Shown in pieces: positions 1-10,545 of a stretch of DNA of 39,171 nucleotides; the stretch's first letter is position 1; each line of letters begins with the position of its first letter. Below the pieces are notes generated by a model. It saw nothing but the letters and a program-made list of their open reading frames with translations, was not told the DNA's origin and ran no database searches. This stretch comes from Nitrososphaeraceae archaeon (GTDB taxonomy: Archaea > Thermoproteota > Nitrososphaeria > Nitrososphaerales > Nitrososphaeraceae), in NCBI GenBank assembly GCA_036395315.1, contig DASWDL010000276.1, positions 1 to 39,171 on the forward strand, read 5' to 3'. A program made the position numbers and the translations under genes.

Positions 1-286
1 AATCGACTTTACCTTGACAACCATAAAAAGAGTCTATATCTAATTATACTCCAACTTCAGCTCCCTGCGTCATATGAGAACGACTATTCTCGAGCACAAG
101 TCAGCATATCATTGAAAACCCCCAATTTTATTATGATAAGAAATAAATCATTAAATTAATCTCACCAATTACATGTGAATTTTGGTTTCCTATACATATT
201 ATGAATTTAAAATTTCTATCCTTTTAGGAGTAACTAACTTTTGACTAGTACTTATATAATATGATTGTTGTAATTCATAAGTAATT

Positions 287-1876
287 GTGGTAAAAGATCA
301 TAGTCATGATACTCACAGAAGCTCCAATGATTCGAATAAGAGAGAATTTTCATATAATTTAGAAAATGTTAACGCATATAGAGAAAAGCGAACGATCGCT
401 CTAGCATCAGTCATCGCTTCTGCAGGTTTAGCTATAATAAAACTTGTAATTGGATATTCCACAAACAGTCTTGGAATTTTATCAGAAGCAATGCACTCTG
501 GCCTAGATGTCATAGCAGCATTGATGACCCTTTATGCCATAAGGATTGTAATAAGGCCTCCAGATATAAGATTTACATATGGTTATGCTAAAGTTGAAAG
601 TCTTTCGAGCCTTATTGAAATAATACTCCTTTTCACAGTTGCTGGTTGGATTTTTTATGAAGGCTTAGATAGAATACTTTTCAAGAATATTCAACCAGAA
701 ATTACAATATTCTCATTTGCAATAATGGCTGTTTCGATTCTCGTGGATTTATGGCGTTCAAGAGTACTTTACAGAGCCGCAAGAAGATACGGAAGCCAAG
801 CATTAGAAGCAGATGCACTTCACTTTAAGGCAGACATGTTCTCATCCGCGATAATTATTGCGGGATTAATTTTTGTATCAGTTTTACATATTCCTAATGC
901 CGATGCCTTCGCCGCCCTCATAATAGCAGCTATGATCATTTATACAAGTTTAGGACTTGGAAGAAGAACTATTGATGTCTTACTTGATAAAGCTCCAAAA
1001 GGAATGAATCACCTTCTCTTAGAGTCAATATCAGGATTAGATGGAGTTTCCAAAGCACATGATATCCGTATTAGGAACATGGGATCCATAATGTCGGTGG
1101 ATTTACATATAGAAGTTCCAAGAACCTCCACTCACGATAGAGCTCATAGAATTGCTACAAATGTTGAAAATAGAATTAGGGAAGTCATGCCAAATTGTGA
1201 TGTACTAGTACATGTAGATGCAATAGAAACATCGGCAGAGACACTTACTGATAGAATTAGATTAATTGCAGCAGAAACAGATGGCATAAAGAATGTCCAT
1301 TCAATATATCTCTCAAAAATTGTAGGATCTAGCTTGGAAAAAAGATCAAGAGGTAACTCAACTAAAATGGAAACCAATAATCATGAATTAGGACCATCGG
1401 ATTCAGTAACTCATAATGATTTTAATGCAATAGGAATTTCATATCATCTTCATCTATATCTTGATCTTCAAGTCAATAGACATTTAGATCTGAAATCTGC
1501 ACATGATATCACAGAATCATTTGAACAAAGAATTAAAACTGAGATCCCACAGGTGAAAGATATTACAACTCATATAGAGATCGAAAGTACCGATGATGCA
1601 GACGTAATAGGAGTTGAGAAAGAGGCAAGCCGATCGTACACAGAAAAAATTCGCAATTTATGTTTGCAGGTGAATGGAGTTATAGATTGTAAGGATATAG
1701 GGATTGTTGAAGTAAATAATGAACAACATGTAACACTTACAATAATCATTAAGGCCATAAAAGGGAGAGATCTTACTTCAATAGAAGAAGCTCATAATAT
1801 TTCGACTGCTGTTCAGGAAATTATAATAAAAGAAACTGGAGCCTCACGAGTTGTTGTTCATTCAGAACCTATTTAA
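287..1876 (+). CDS. Cation diffusion facilitator (CDF) metal transporter with three C-terminal ZT_dimer-like domains
   Basis: CDF motifs SEAMHSGLD, YGYAKVE and ADALHFKAD; hydrophobic TM segments; three repeats of the AH.I...VE...V.VH.[DE] cytosolic domain; TATA-like TTATATA at 252-258. Confidence 0.92.
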   Translation: MVKDHSHDTHRSSNDSNKREFSYNLENVNAYREKRTIALASVIASAGLAIIKLVIGYSTNSLGILSEAMHSGLDVIAALMTLYAIRIVIRPPDIRFTYGYAKVESLSSLIEIILLFTVAGWIFYEGLDRILFKNIQPEITIFSFAIMAVSILVDLWRSRVLYRAARRYGSQALEADALHFKADMFSSAIIIAGLIFVSVLHIPNADAFAALIIAAMIIYTSLGLGRRTIDVLLDKAPKGMNHLLLESISGLDGVSKAHDIRIRNMGSIMSVDLHIEVPRTSTHDRAHRIATNVENRIREVMPNCDVLVHVDAIETSAETLTDRIRLIAAETDGIKNVHSIYLSKIVGSSLEKRSRGNSTKMETNNHELGPSDSVTHNDFNAIGISYHLHLYLDLQVNRHLDLKSAHDITESFEQRIKTEIPQVKDITTHIEIESTDDADVIGVEKEASRSYTEKIRNLCLQVNGVIDCKDIGIVEVNNEQHVTLTIIIKAIKGRDLTSIEEAHNISTAVQEIIIKETGASRVVVHSEPI

Positions 1877-1963
1877 CATCTTGATAACAAACATGATAGT
1901 AAATTCACTATAACAAAATCATGTTAACAGTACAAAGTAAAGGCTTTGAATCTATCATCTCAG

Positions 1964-2593
1964 CTAAGAAGCTCTTATAACTATAGTAGTCCCTAAGATA
2001 GCAGAATTAGGGGCAATTATTATATCGCCTTGTTCAGTTTTGAGTCTGCTGTTTTGCAAGCCAATATCAAATACAATTCCAGTGTTACCAAAGATCGTAA
2101 TCTTGTCCCCTATTTTAAATGGTCTAGTAATAGCAAGATACAATCCTGCTATAGTATTCCCCAAAATATTTTGACTTGCAAAGCCTATGACAATAGCTGT
2201 AACAGTTCCTATAGATGCAGCGACAAGAGGATCGTGACTTAAATAAGAAATAATTATAGCTATAATGATTACTGCCCCCATTATCCTTATAAGTACCCTT
2301 CCTGCTTCAGCATTTTTGTCTAATGAATCAAATGTGTATTTATAAAAGATATTACTAATTGAATTAATTGTAAAATATCCAATAATCGCGACCTCACCAA
2401 TTCTTAAGTACGTTTTGTAACGTTCATGAAGCTGGTATTCAATGACCAGCTCTATAACGACAATAACTATAACAACTATTACAAATGCGACCAAGAATCT
2501 CGATAAAGAAATCTTTCTTTTTGATGTTTCATGTAAATTAGTACGAGTCTCCCGCTTAATTTCATTGTCCGAGCTATCATCAGTAGAACTCAT
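1964..2593 (-). CDS. Small-conductance mechanosensitive channel (MscS family)
   Basis: GFASQNILGNTIAG...RPFKIGDKI...G.V.DIG...PNS signature after TM helices. Confidence 0.88.
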   Translation of the reverse strand: MSSTDDSSDNEIKRETRTNLHETSKRKISLSRFLVAFVIVVIVIVVIELVIEYQLHERYKTYLRIGEVAIIGYFTINSISNIFYKYTFDSLDKNAEAGRVLIRIMGAVIIIAIIISYLSHDPLVAASIGTVTAIVIGFASQNILGNTIAGLYLAITRPFKIGDKITIFGNTGIVFDIGLQNSRLKTEQGDIIIAPNSAILGTTIVIRAS

Positions 2594-3000
2594 AATAATA
2601 TCAATTGCATATATTATACTATTTTAATGTAATTTCACTTAGAATATTGGTTTATTTATTCGATCCGCCAGCATCGAATTAACTAGATCTGCTTTAGTAA
2701 ACAACCGTTACTAGAACGACGAATTGAATCAACTGGCGGATGGCATACATTAGAGTCATAAAAAAGAAAGATCCTTTAACCTATTGTTGATGATGCTGTT
2801 GATCATGTCTATCTAATTCTTGATCCGAATTAAAGGACTGCCCTATGTGACATTTAGCTGCTACTACATATCACTACAATCTAACGAACACAATTAGGAC
2901 ACACCATGATATTGTTTATAGAATTTAATTGTTGAAACACTGAAGGGAGCGAGAGTCATGGCTACTGTGGATTTATCTAGTACGACCAACAATTAATTGC

Positions 3001-3534
3001 ATGGGTGTTGAAGAACAGTCGGTCGGCATTGATACTGAAGGAAATGAATTATCAGAAGTGTCAGGGTTGGACGGTGAAGGCATGGAAACGAATGAACTAC
3101 AGACACATCAGACACATCCAATACCTGTGGAAATAAACCGAACAATAGAGCGCCCACTAGGTGTTGAGGAAGATAAGGTGTTCGAGCAACAAGAAAGAGG
3201 CACGACCAGAACGATGCCAAAGTCAAATCCAAATAAAAAAAGGAATCAAAGGAAGAACAGTTAACCCACAAGTTGTATAATCAATTAATTAAGAAGCTTC
3301 AAAGTGATAAGACTCGTGATGCAATGAAGCAAATCCAGAAGAGGTTAGCACAGGTTGAAAAGAATACAGCCAGTGTCAAGCAACAACAAGAATTGGGAAA
3401 ACAATTACTAGTTCAAGTCAAATTGATGCAAAAACGGTTAGAAAAAAATTAACAATACTATTAGCCGTTCAAAGAGTAGTCAAAGCTCTAGCAGGAAAAA
3501 AACTCCAACTAAATCCAAGAAAAAAATCAAATGA
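3001..3534 (+). pseudogene. Acidic/coiled-coil/basic-tail hypothetical protein split by two frameshifts in A7 runs
   Basis: ORF 3001-3264 continues in the -1 frame from the A7 run at 3235-3241 (KESKEEQLTHKLYNQL...). It returns to the original frame at the A7 run at 3442-3448 and ends ...KSKKKIK TGA at 3534. Confidence 0.55.
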
Positions 3535-3951
3535 GTTCGCACGACTATTTTTGATTATAGAGTTGGAAATCACACCTCTCACAGCCATAGTACAGATTGT
3601 CAAAGTCTGAACAGAATGATATCGTATCAGAGTATCTTGGACAGTCAATCTCGTTCTGTATTACTTCAGTCTGACAAGATAATTCTAGTGCCTAATTGTA
3701 ATTAATTATTCAATCTTTTTGCCAAGATCAATTATTTTATGCAAAAATTTATTTTAACGTAGTTAAGATATACTGTATTGCTTTACCATTTTATGATATT
3801 TTATGGAAACAATTACTGAGCAAGAATTGAACATTGAATATCTAGTCTAGTCTAACAATTTAACCTGAAGTATAATTTAGCCTGAAGTATTATAAGTAAT
3901 TTTTTCTCTAAAAACGAATGCGTTAAATAGTCATAATAAATAATATAGAAT

Positions 3952-4152
3952 ATGGCTGCAGTAGATGACATGAATATTGCAACCGGCCTTAAGGATGCAT
4001 TGCTAAAAGCTAGAATGAGCATAGAAAAAATATTGAATTCTAAACCAAGCAGGATCTCGAACATATTAGGTGTAGATCAATATGTCGCAAAGCTAATTTA
4101 CGAGGAAGCTAAAAAAGCTGTCACATTTGAAAGCATTATCCTAGATACTTAA
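3952..4152 (+). CDS. Small hypothetical protein, possible helix-hairpin-helix-like fold
   Basis: 66-aa ORF with ISNILGVDQYVAKLI; TTAAATA box about 28 nt upstream. Confidence 0.6.
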   Translation: MAAVDDMNIATGLKDALLKARMSIEKILNSKPSRISNILGVDQYVAKLIYEEAKKAVTFESIILDT

Positions 4153-4522
4153 ATTTGTAATTAATTGATGCAGTGATGCAGCACCATATCAGAGCTCAAA
4201 GTTTCAGATTCAAATTTTTTGTCATAACCTGAACGAGCCGCAATTAAACCAGAACAGAAATACACTTATTTCAACTCAATAAACACATCCAAGGGGATTT
4301 GTTACTAATGGGCAGACTATTTTTAACCCTAGTTTCGCGGACATTTTTCATTTTTTGAACGCGTTTGCGATGATTTGATATTTTACCAGTTTTAATTAAT
4401 ACTTCTTTTAACACCAAATATCACTGACAGTCCAGTTTTTCCCCATATTTAGTCAGAAAATGTCATAATCTACATGCCATTCCATGTATTAGCTTTTATT
4501 GAAGTAACATAGTTTAGTGTTT

Positions 4523-4666
4523 ATGGCAAATTGTCCTTATTGCAATAACGATATATCAATAACAGGATGGAAAATAGAAGAAATTGATATCGGTTACAAA
4601 ACCCTAAAAGGGATTATAATATCGTGTAAACAATGTAATAAGGTACTTACCATTTTTCAAGAATAA
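4523..4666 (+). CDS. 47-aa zinc-ribbon microprotein (CPYC...CKQC)
   Basis: Manual translation MANCPYCNNDISITGWKIEEIDIGYKTLKGIIISCKQCNKVLTIFQE*; too short for the ORF track. Confidence 0.7.
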   Translation: MANCPYCNNDISITGWKIEEIDIGYKTLKGIIISCKQCNKVLTIFQE

Positions 4667-4821
4667 CATCTCAATCTGTGGCTTTGAATTTTAGGGAATA
4701 GTACTGCTTACGACTCACCGTAAATTTGTTGTATGCGAGTTTTTCTCATTCTTGATATAACACAATACATATCTGGGAAATAGTTCGAAAAATACAATTA
4801 CAAGTACCTAGAATATCAAAT

Positions 4822-4965
4822 ATAAGTCAAGAAAACAGCTGCAAACACTGGGCTTGTAATGTTTATACTAAAAGATGCGTAGGCTGTGGTATTAAAGTCT
4901 GTCCTAATTGTCTCAAAGAACCTTCAGACTGTAAATGCGAAGATAATGACATTTGTTGCAAATAA
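4822..4965 (+). CDS. Cys-rich metallothionein-like or double Zn-finger microprotein (no canonical start codon; possibly a pseudogene)
   Basis: (ATA)SQENSCKHWACNVYTKRCVGCGIKVCPNCLKEPSDCKCEDNDICCK*; 10 Cys in 47 codons. Confidence 0.5.
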   Translation: MSQENSCKHWACNVYTKRCVGCGIKVCPNCLKEPSDCKCEDNDICCK

Positions 4966-5073
4966 TGAGCATGGACAAAACATTGAAAGATAATTACTAC
5001 ATGAGCTAGAGACAATAAAATTAGTCTTATTGAATCTATAACTACCTACAACCTACAATATATCTTGAGATAT

Positions 5074-5517
5074 TCATTTTATGACTAATACTGGACAAGT
5101 GGCATACCTTACGACTCCTGCGACAACACTCCCAAGCAACATTTTCTTAAGTTCAGACATTCCACTAGTACCGATGACTATTAAATCCGCTTTCTGCTCT
5201 TCAGCGTAGTTCACTATCGCACCGTCAACAGACATATGTATTTCAATAATATTTTCCTTACATCTAATATTCTTAGTTTGAGCTTCTTGTTTCATCTTCT
5301 GAAAAAGAACTTGTGCCTTGATCCTTTCATCTTTATGCCACTCTTCTTTCCTGCCTGCATGACCCAGTCCAACTGCGGTATGAATAATAGTTAAGAGAGT
5401 CAACTCAGCATTATCCTTCTGGGCCAAAGATATTGCAAAATGTGCAGCATTTAAAGATGATTCGGAGCCATCAATTGCTACTACTATATTAGAAAACTTT
5501 GTATTTTCTGTACTCAA
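5074..5517 (-). CDS. Universal stress protein (UspA family)
   Basis: NIVVAIDGSESS...ADLIVIGTSG...LLGSV...CPVLVIK. Confidence 0.93.
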   Translation of the reverse strand: MSTENTKFSNIVVAIDGSESSLNAAHFAISLAQKDNAELTLLTIIHTAVGLGHAGRKEEWHKDERIKAQVLFQKMKQEAQTKNIRCKENIIEIHMSVDGAIVNYAEEQKADLIVIGTSGMSELKKMLLGSVVAGVVRYATCPVLVIK

Positions 5518-5676
5518 ATCTCTGTGTTCGATTTGATGTATTTAACTTAAAAAGGTTACAAGGATTACCTTAATTTACATTGAATTCTAATTTGGGGTGA
5601 CGATTATCACAAATGGCTAATTCTCTGTTTTTTCTCCGACCAACCGTTGCGTTAATAAAAAGTGAACGCAGAGACT

Positions 5677-6174
5677 TTATTTCATTTTTGACAAGTGTTT
5701 CATCTTATTTGTGATGTTTCTGTGAGCTTTATTCCAATGCATTAAAAATGCAGAAATTAGAGGTCTAAAATCACCAGACACATTATCATTATTCTCTGCT
5801 ATTTTACCTAATTTCTTCCCATATTTTATGCAAGTCCAACATCCTATAAGTGGAATTAAAGGAGCTATGTAGTAACCTGCTTGCTTGCCAGTAAATCCCC
5901 AAGCTTCGCCTACGAGACAATTCTTGGAATCATTAGCAAGAATATACCTGTCTTTTAAATCAAGTCCTCTCCCAAGTTTCTGGGACCAAATAGGACATAC
6001 TTCTTCTAACGTTAGATCTTGTTCTAACCCATATAAGACATTGCAGCCGTTCAATTTATCCAAATTTGCTCGATTCCCAGTAATAATATAATCAACATAC
6101 CTTATTTCTTTTTTCATACACCCATGATTCGTAACACGAACCGAAATTTCAGAACAGATGCTTTTAACCATCAA
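5677..6174 (-). CDS. Hypothetical Cys/His-containing protein
   Basis: 165-aa ORF with CPIW, CLVGEAWG, CWTC and HWNKAH motifs; start uncertain. Confidence 0.6.
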   Translation of the reverse strand: MMVKSICSEISVRVTNHGCMKKEIRYVDYIITGNRANLDKLNGCNVLYGLEQDLTLEEVCPIWSQKLGRGLDLKDRYILANDSKNCLVGEAWGFTGKQAGYYIAPLIPLIGCWTCIKYGKKLGKIAENNDNVSGDFRPLISAFLMHWNKAHRNITNKMKHLSKMK

Positions 6175-6403
6175 AAATTGATCTATTTATTGACCCATAG
6201 CAGAACTAAAAAATTAGAGGTAATACATGTTATGTTACTCTGTTTAGTAGCAAAGGTTACATATCATAATTTCTTTTTACCCAATTAATCATCACATGTT
6301 TTTTCATATTACAAACCCATAGCGATATGGGGGCGCTGAAAATCTATACTGCCATAATATTTACAGTTACAGATTGATTTATGCCGTAACTGGCATTAAA
6401 AGC

Positions 6404-6426
6404 TCAAAGTCAAAGTCAAAGTCAAA
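6404..6426. repeat. Short tandem repeat (TCAAAG)x3 plus TCAAA
   Basis: Read directly: tcaaag tcaaag tcaaag tcaaa. Confidence 0.8.
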
Positions 6427-6670
6427 TCTAATTTCTAAATTTCTTATACATAAAAGTAGAATGGGAAACCAACCTGTCACCTAGTTTTGGAGGTGTATAA
6501 ATCCAACATGATTAGCTGTCATCAACGATTTAATTTAAGGTTTCTTCATATGGATAATTTAGCATGACTCAGAAATATAGTGCATAAATTTGCTGGAATA
6601 AGCGAAAAGGTACTAAATTCCTACAAAGCATATTTACAATTGTACGAATAACATAACTAAGCAATTATTT

Positions 6671-7570
6671 ATGCAGCAAAAGGCCGTCCCTTTTGTAGCC
6701 GAGAATGTATTCTCCCTGCTTGCAGATAACCTATCGGTCGAAATTCTTACTGCTGCATATACAGGACTGCAGTCATCCTCAAAAGGCTTGACAAATCAGT
6801 CAAAAAAACAGTACTATGTAAGATTGAAACGTCTTGTAGACATGGGATTTATAGAGAAACATCAATCTCTTTACAAATTAACAACATTTGGTTCGCTTGT
6901 ATATGAAAATCATTTCAAGACAATGGAAAAGATAGTACCGAACTATTGGCAAATTAAGAGTATCGATGTTTTGAGAACAAGAAATGACTTTCCACTAGAT
7001 CAGAAAGAGAACATTATTACCGAATATGTAGGTACTACCAATTTAAACGGTATAATTAATCCAACTCAATTAACAAGCTATAATGTTGTAAAAGGTTTTG
7101 ATAACCTGATACCAGAGGTTCTTAAGGTTCTAGATAACGCAGAAAATGAAGTTTATTTTGCTACCAGATATTATGATCCGCACGTTTCTAATATGGTATT
7201 TCAAAAATTCAGTAAGGGAGTTACGATACACATACTTGACGGCAATCCCAATCAGATAAGTGTTGAGAATAGACTTGCAGCTATCATTAGAACTCCACCA
7301 AATAGGGAAACGGCCGAGACGGTAAAGAAGGTATTAAAATCGTCAAGATTTGATTTGAAAAGGTTATCTAATTTACCGCTTAGCTTTATAGTTGTAGATG
7401 GAATTCAAGTAGTCTATGAAACTATCAATTTCATTAATCCAGAGCAGTTTACTGTTGCTGTATCAAAATATGATGATACGTATTTTGCCAAGAGATTTAT
7501 TGAATATTTTAAGATGTTATCAAAGAATGCGACTATACCAGGTCTCTTTATAAATTCCAAAATTAGATAA
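6671..7570 (+). CDS. Winged-helix transcriptional regulator with a C-terminal PLD-like/TrmB-type effector domain
   Basis: N-terminal KKQYYVRLKRLVDMGFIEK..YKLTTFG wHTH; C-terminal LDNAENEVYFAT...FIVVDG. Confidence 0.75.
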   Translation: MQQKAVPFVAENVFSLLADNLSVEILTAAYTGLQSSSKGLTNQSKKQYYVRLKRLVDMGFIEKHQSLYKLTTFGSLVYENHFKTMEKIVPNYWQIKSIDVLRTRNDFPLDQKENIITEYVGTTNLNGIINPTQLTSYNVVKGFDNLIPEVLKVLDNAENEVYFATRYYDPHVSNMVFQKFSKGVTIHILDGNPNQISVENRLAAIIRTPPNRETAETVKKVLKSSRFDLKRLSNLPLSFIVVDGIQVVYETINFINPEQFTVAVSKYDDTYFAKRFIEYFKMLSKNATIPGLFINSKIR

Positions 7571-7636
7571 AAAATGTACGTCATTGGACTAATAATTCAC
7601 TAGGTACCCTTGGCTTACCATCTTTTGAATACTACC

Positions 7637-7864
7637 TTAGGCATATTCTTCATTGAAAAACGAGGCTGCAGCAAGTATAACGGGTTCAAAAACTTTCCAT
7701 AAATCAGTCAGACTATACTTCACCACGACAGGATACTCTGATACAATTTTTTTCCTACCTTTGATAATTCTTTCTTCTATTGAACTAATTTGAGTCTTAA
7801 TGCGAGGAACATAAAGTCTCGGATTTAAATGACCTTGAATTAGCAAAACTACAGGTACAATCAA
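7637..7864 (-). pseudogene. Degenerate HxlR (MarR/DUF24)-type regulator remnant
   Basis: RKKIVSEYPVVVKYSLTD...FEPVILA resembles the HxlR wing (R.VY.E.P..VEYSLT..G..L.PV); the N-terminal HTH is not recognisable. Confidence 0.55.
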
Positions 7865-7875
7865 ACATGATACAA

Positions 7876-9381
7876 TCAGAGTGACGTTGACGGTGACGGT
7901 GAGACTACTTCAATTAATTTAGACAGATCAGCTCTATAATAATCGAGTTTATCAGGATCGTATTTTTGCACCATTTCAATTGATTCCCCCCTTTTGATTC
8001 TACTTGTTATCACATCTCTGTGAACGTAACTACTAACGAATTTATATCCATGATCTCTGGCTTCTTTCACAAAACCTGTTCTGAGAATGTGACCACCATT
8101 TTCGCCCCAATATTCAGGTTTAATTCGTATCCATTCCATGAATACCGTATTTTCTCTTCCAAAATTCTCATCGAATGTTCCTCTTCGGAGCCTGTATTTT
8201 TCAAGCGGTCCACCCTTTACATAACCAACTATAGTTTCATCATGCTCGCTAGTTCTAAGGGTAACCAAGATAGTCATATTTGAGTAGAAGGCTTTTTCGA
8301 AATCTTTTTCGTTCAATGATATTGGTACTGGTGCATGAACTTCCTTGCGAATTTCCATTATAGACATAATTAAATTATCATTAAAGTCATTGCCAGTTGT
8401 TTCTGTTCTTGTTGTCAAATTCATTTCCTTTCGGCGTAACTTAGCTCGAATTTCCACCTCGTCTTCCCATAGTCGTCTAAAACCAGCAACATTGTCATAA
8501 AAATTCCTCTTAAATTCTTCAGGAATTGCGTGAAGCACTCGATCTAGCATACTCTTCTCCTTCTTCATATCTGTGAAATACTTTACAGAACCTTCATTTA
8601 TGACTGAGGGATGCCATCCCATTGAATGAGCATTAAGTCTAGCCAACTCTTGTGAATATTCAAAACTGCCTAAGCAATAACCCGCAAGTCGATCGCACAT
8701 AGACAGATACCAACCAAGCTCCACATAATGATTTCTCGTATTGATATTACTTTCAGAAATGCCAGCATCATTGAATAAATCATACATTCTCTGTTGTGCA
8801 TATTCAGCGATGCGACCTTCAAACGGATATGCGGTCCGATGAATAAGAGCAATTACAATGTCCAGGTCAATTTTAAATGGTTGTATTAGTTTCCTAATTT
8901 TGTTATCATTTCTGATAAATGATTCCACATCATCTTCATGGGGTTTATCGAAACGTTTTAGCGGATCATAATCATGAAAGAGCGCAGCAACAAAGAGTAT
9001 TTTAATGTCACTTTGACTAAATGCATTTTCGGTCCTTTCCTGACCTTTTGCGGCAAGTAAGGTAAAATAAGTGACCTCAAGCTCGTGGTTAATATTGTGA
9101 TATCCATAGTAGTCCGAGCCAAGGCCATTCTTAGAAAATTCTGAAATAGCATGTCGAATAACTCTTTGGGCATGTGCTTTATCAAGCCCCAAACCCTTGG
9201 CAAGTTCTACAATCTTTTCCTTTAGGATGGATTCTCTTGTTACCCCAACATTATATCGAACCCACCACGGAAATAACTTCAATCTTTTATAGATGGGATT
9301 TTGTATCGCCATTTTAGTAGGATTAATTAAATCAGTAGTGTCACTGTGATCCTCGCTCTTAACCGAAAATGGCAATATCAT
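7876..9381 (-). CDS. HD-domain phosphohydrolase fused to a C-terminal GNAT-like domain
   Basis: YHNINH...ALFHDYD...CDRLAGY HD motifs; C-terminal IVGYVKG...FMEWIRIKPEYWGENGG..L...A...GY GNAT-like pattern. Confidence 0.8.
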   Translation of the reverse strand: MILPFSVKSEDHSDTTDLINPTKMAIQNPIYKRLKLFPWWVRYNVGVTRESILKEKIVELAKGLGLDKAHAQRVIRHAISEFSKNGLGSDYYGYHNINHELEVTYFTLLAAKGQERTENAFSQSDIKILFVAALFHDYDPLKRFDKPHEDDVESFIRNDNKIRKLIQPFKIDLDIVIALIHRTAYPFEGRIAEYAQQRMYDLFNDAGISESNINTRNHYVELGWYLSMCDRLAGYCLGSFEYSQELARLNAHSMGWHPSVINEGSVKYFTDMKKEKSMLDRVLHAIPEEFKRNFYDNVAGFRRLWEDEVEIRAKLRRKEMNLTTRTETTGNDFNDNLIMSIMEIRKEVHAPVPISLNEKDFEKAFYSNMTILVTLRTSEHDETIVGYVKGGPLEKYRLRRGTFDENFGRENTVFMEWIRIKPEYWGENGGHILRTGFVKEARDHGYKFVSSYVHRDVITSRIKRGESIEMVQKYDPDKLDYYRADLSKLIEVVSPSPSTSL

Positions 9382-10014
9382 GCTTTATGAATAGTTCAGT
9401 ATAAATGGTTTATTTTGAACCGTCGACAGATTATTGTAAATTTTATCAGAAAATATTAATTTTCTTAGTATATTTGCTAATTTCCGTAATTGGTAGCTTC
9501 AATCATCGAAATTCCTTTTTCACGCTTAATGGAGCTTCAAATAGTTTTCCAAAAAAAGTTACACTATATCAATTGATTCCTGAATCTCAAAATAGGAGAT
9601 TGATAGAAATAGTTCTTGAATAGAATAGTTCTTGACAATTTCTTGACAACTTCGTAGGCTAGTTAGTAATCTCTAGCAAAAAACGTGAAGTTAAAAGATG
9701 ACGACTGTTCCCACTTAATAGGAATAAGAACTTGCATTTCATATTGTAATTCCCATAAACTATTCGTTTTCTTAACATCATTGATTAATACCAAGTTACT
9801 AAGATGAAGACCATCCAGAATCGCTAATAAATTGATTGATAAATGATAGCAGCATCCAACTTAATCAACACCAAATTGATTTAATATGAATATACAGATT
9901 ACCAGAAATTGTTAATAGTCAAAAAAATCACAATCATGAAATTTTCAAACAATCTTTTAGTGCCATCTTAAACCAAGGTTATATAGGTCTTCCCACAATT
10001 CTAATACAGAAGGC

Positions 10015-10545
10015 ATGACAAATGAAAGTGACGAGAAAAATGATGAAAAAAAACCGCCTAAATCGAAGCCTATTTCAAAAGATGAAAATATTAATACAGA
10101 TATTGAAGATAAAAGAGAACATATTACTAGTACCGACAGCTCAGCTTCTCAAGAGAATAAAGACTCACAAAAGTCAAGAACGAGATCTGAGGTAAAGCAC
10201 AAGATAGAAGACTATGATATGATTGTGGGTAGACTTAAAGATGCAGCTTCTTCTTTTAAGGAAGGATTTGTCTCGATAGGTAAAAAGGCCCAAGAGATCA
10301 AAGATAAAGCTGGAGAAACCTTTACTGTAGGAGCTAAGAAGGACGCTCGTGATATTCGGGCATTAGGAGTATATGCAGATAATGTAATCAAAGGTTATGA
10401 AAATACGATGGCCGAAATAAACAAGAAGGATTATGCCGACCAAGAAAAGCTCTTGAAGGGTTACAAGAAATTGTTGGAAGAGCAAATAAACTTGATAAAC
10501 GCAAGAATCGAATTAGTAAAGAGACTTAAATCCCCTGGTAAGTAA
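10015..10545 (+). CDS. Hypothetical protein with a charged disordered N-terminus and a helical/coiled-coil C-terminus
   Basis: 176-aa ORF; TTATATA box at about 9979-9985. Confidence 0.75.
   Translation: MTNESDEKNDEKKPPKSKPISKDENINTDIEDKREHITSTDSSASQENKDSQKSRTRSEVKHKIEDYDMIVGRLKDAASSFKEGFVSIGKKAQEIKDKAGETFTVGAKKDARDIRALGVYADNVIKGYENTMAEINKKDYADQEKLLKGYKKLLEEQINLINARIELVKRLKSPGK

Noticed and set aside
9608-9649. TTCTTGA three times (AATAGTTCTTGA x2, TTCTTGACAA x2)
   Set aside because: Spacing is irregular and the pattern fits local slippage duplications. No replication gene is nearby to support iterons.
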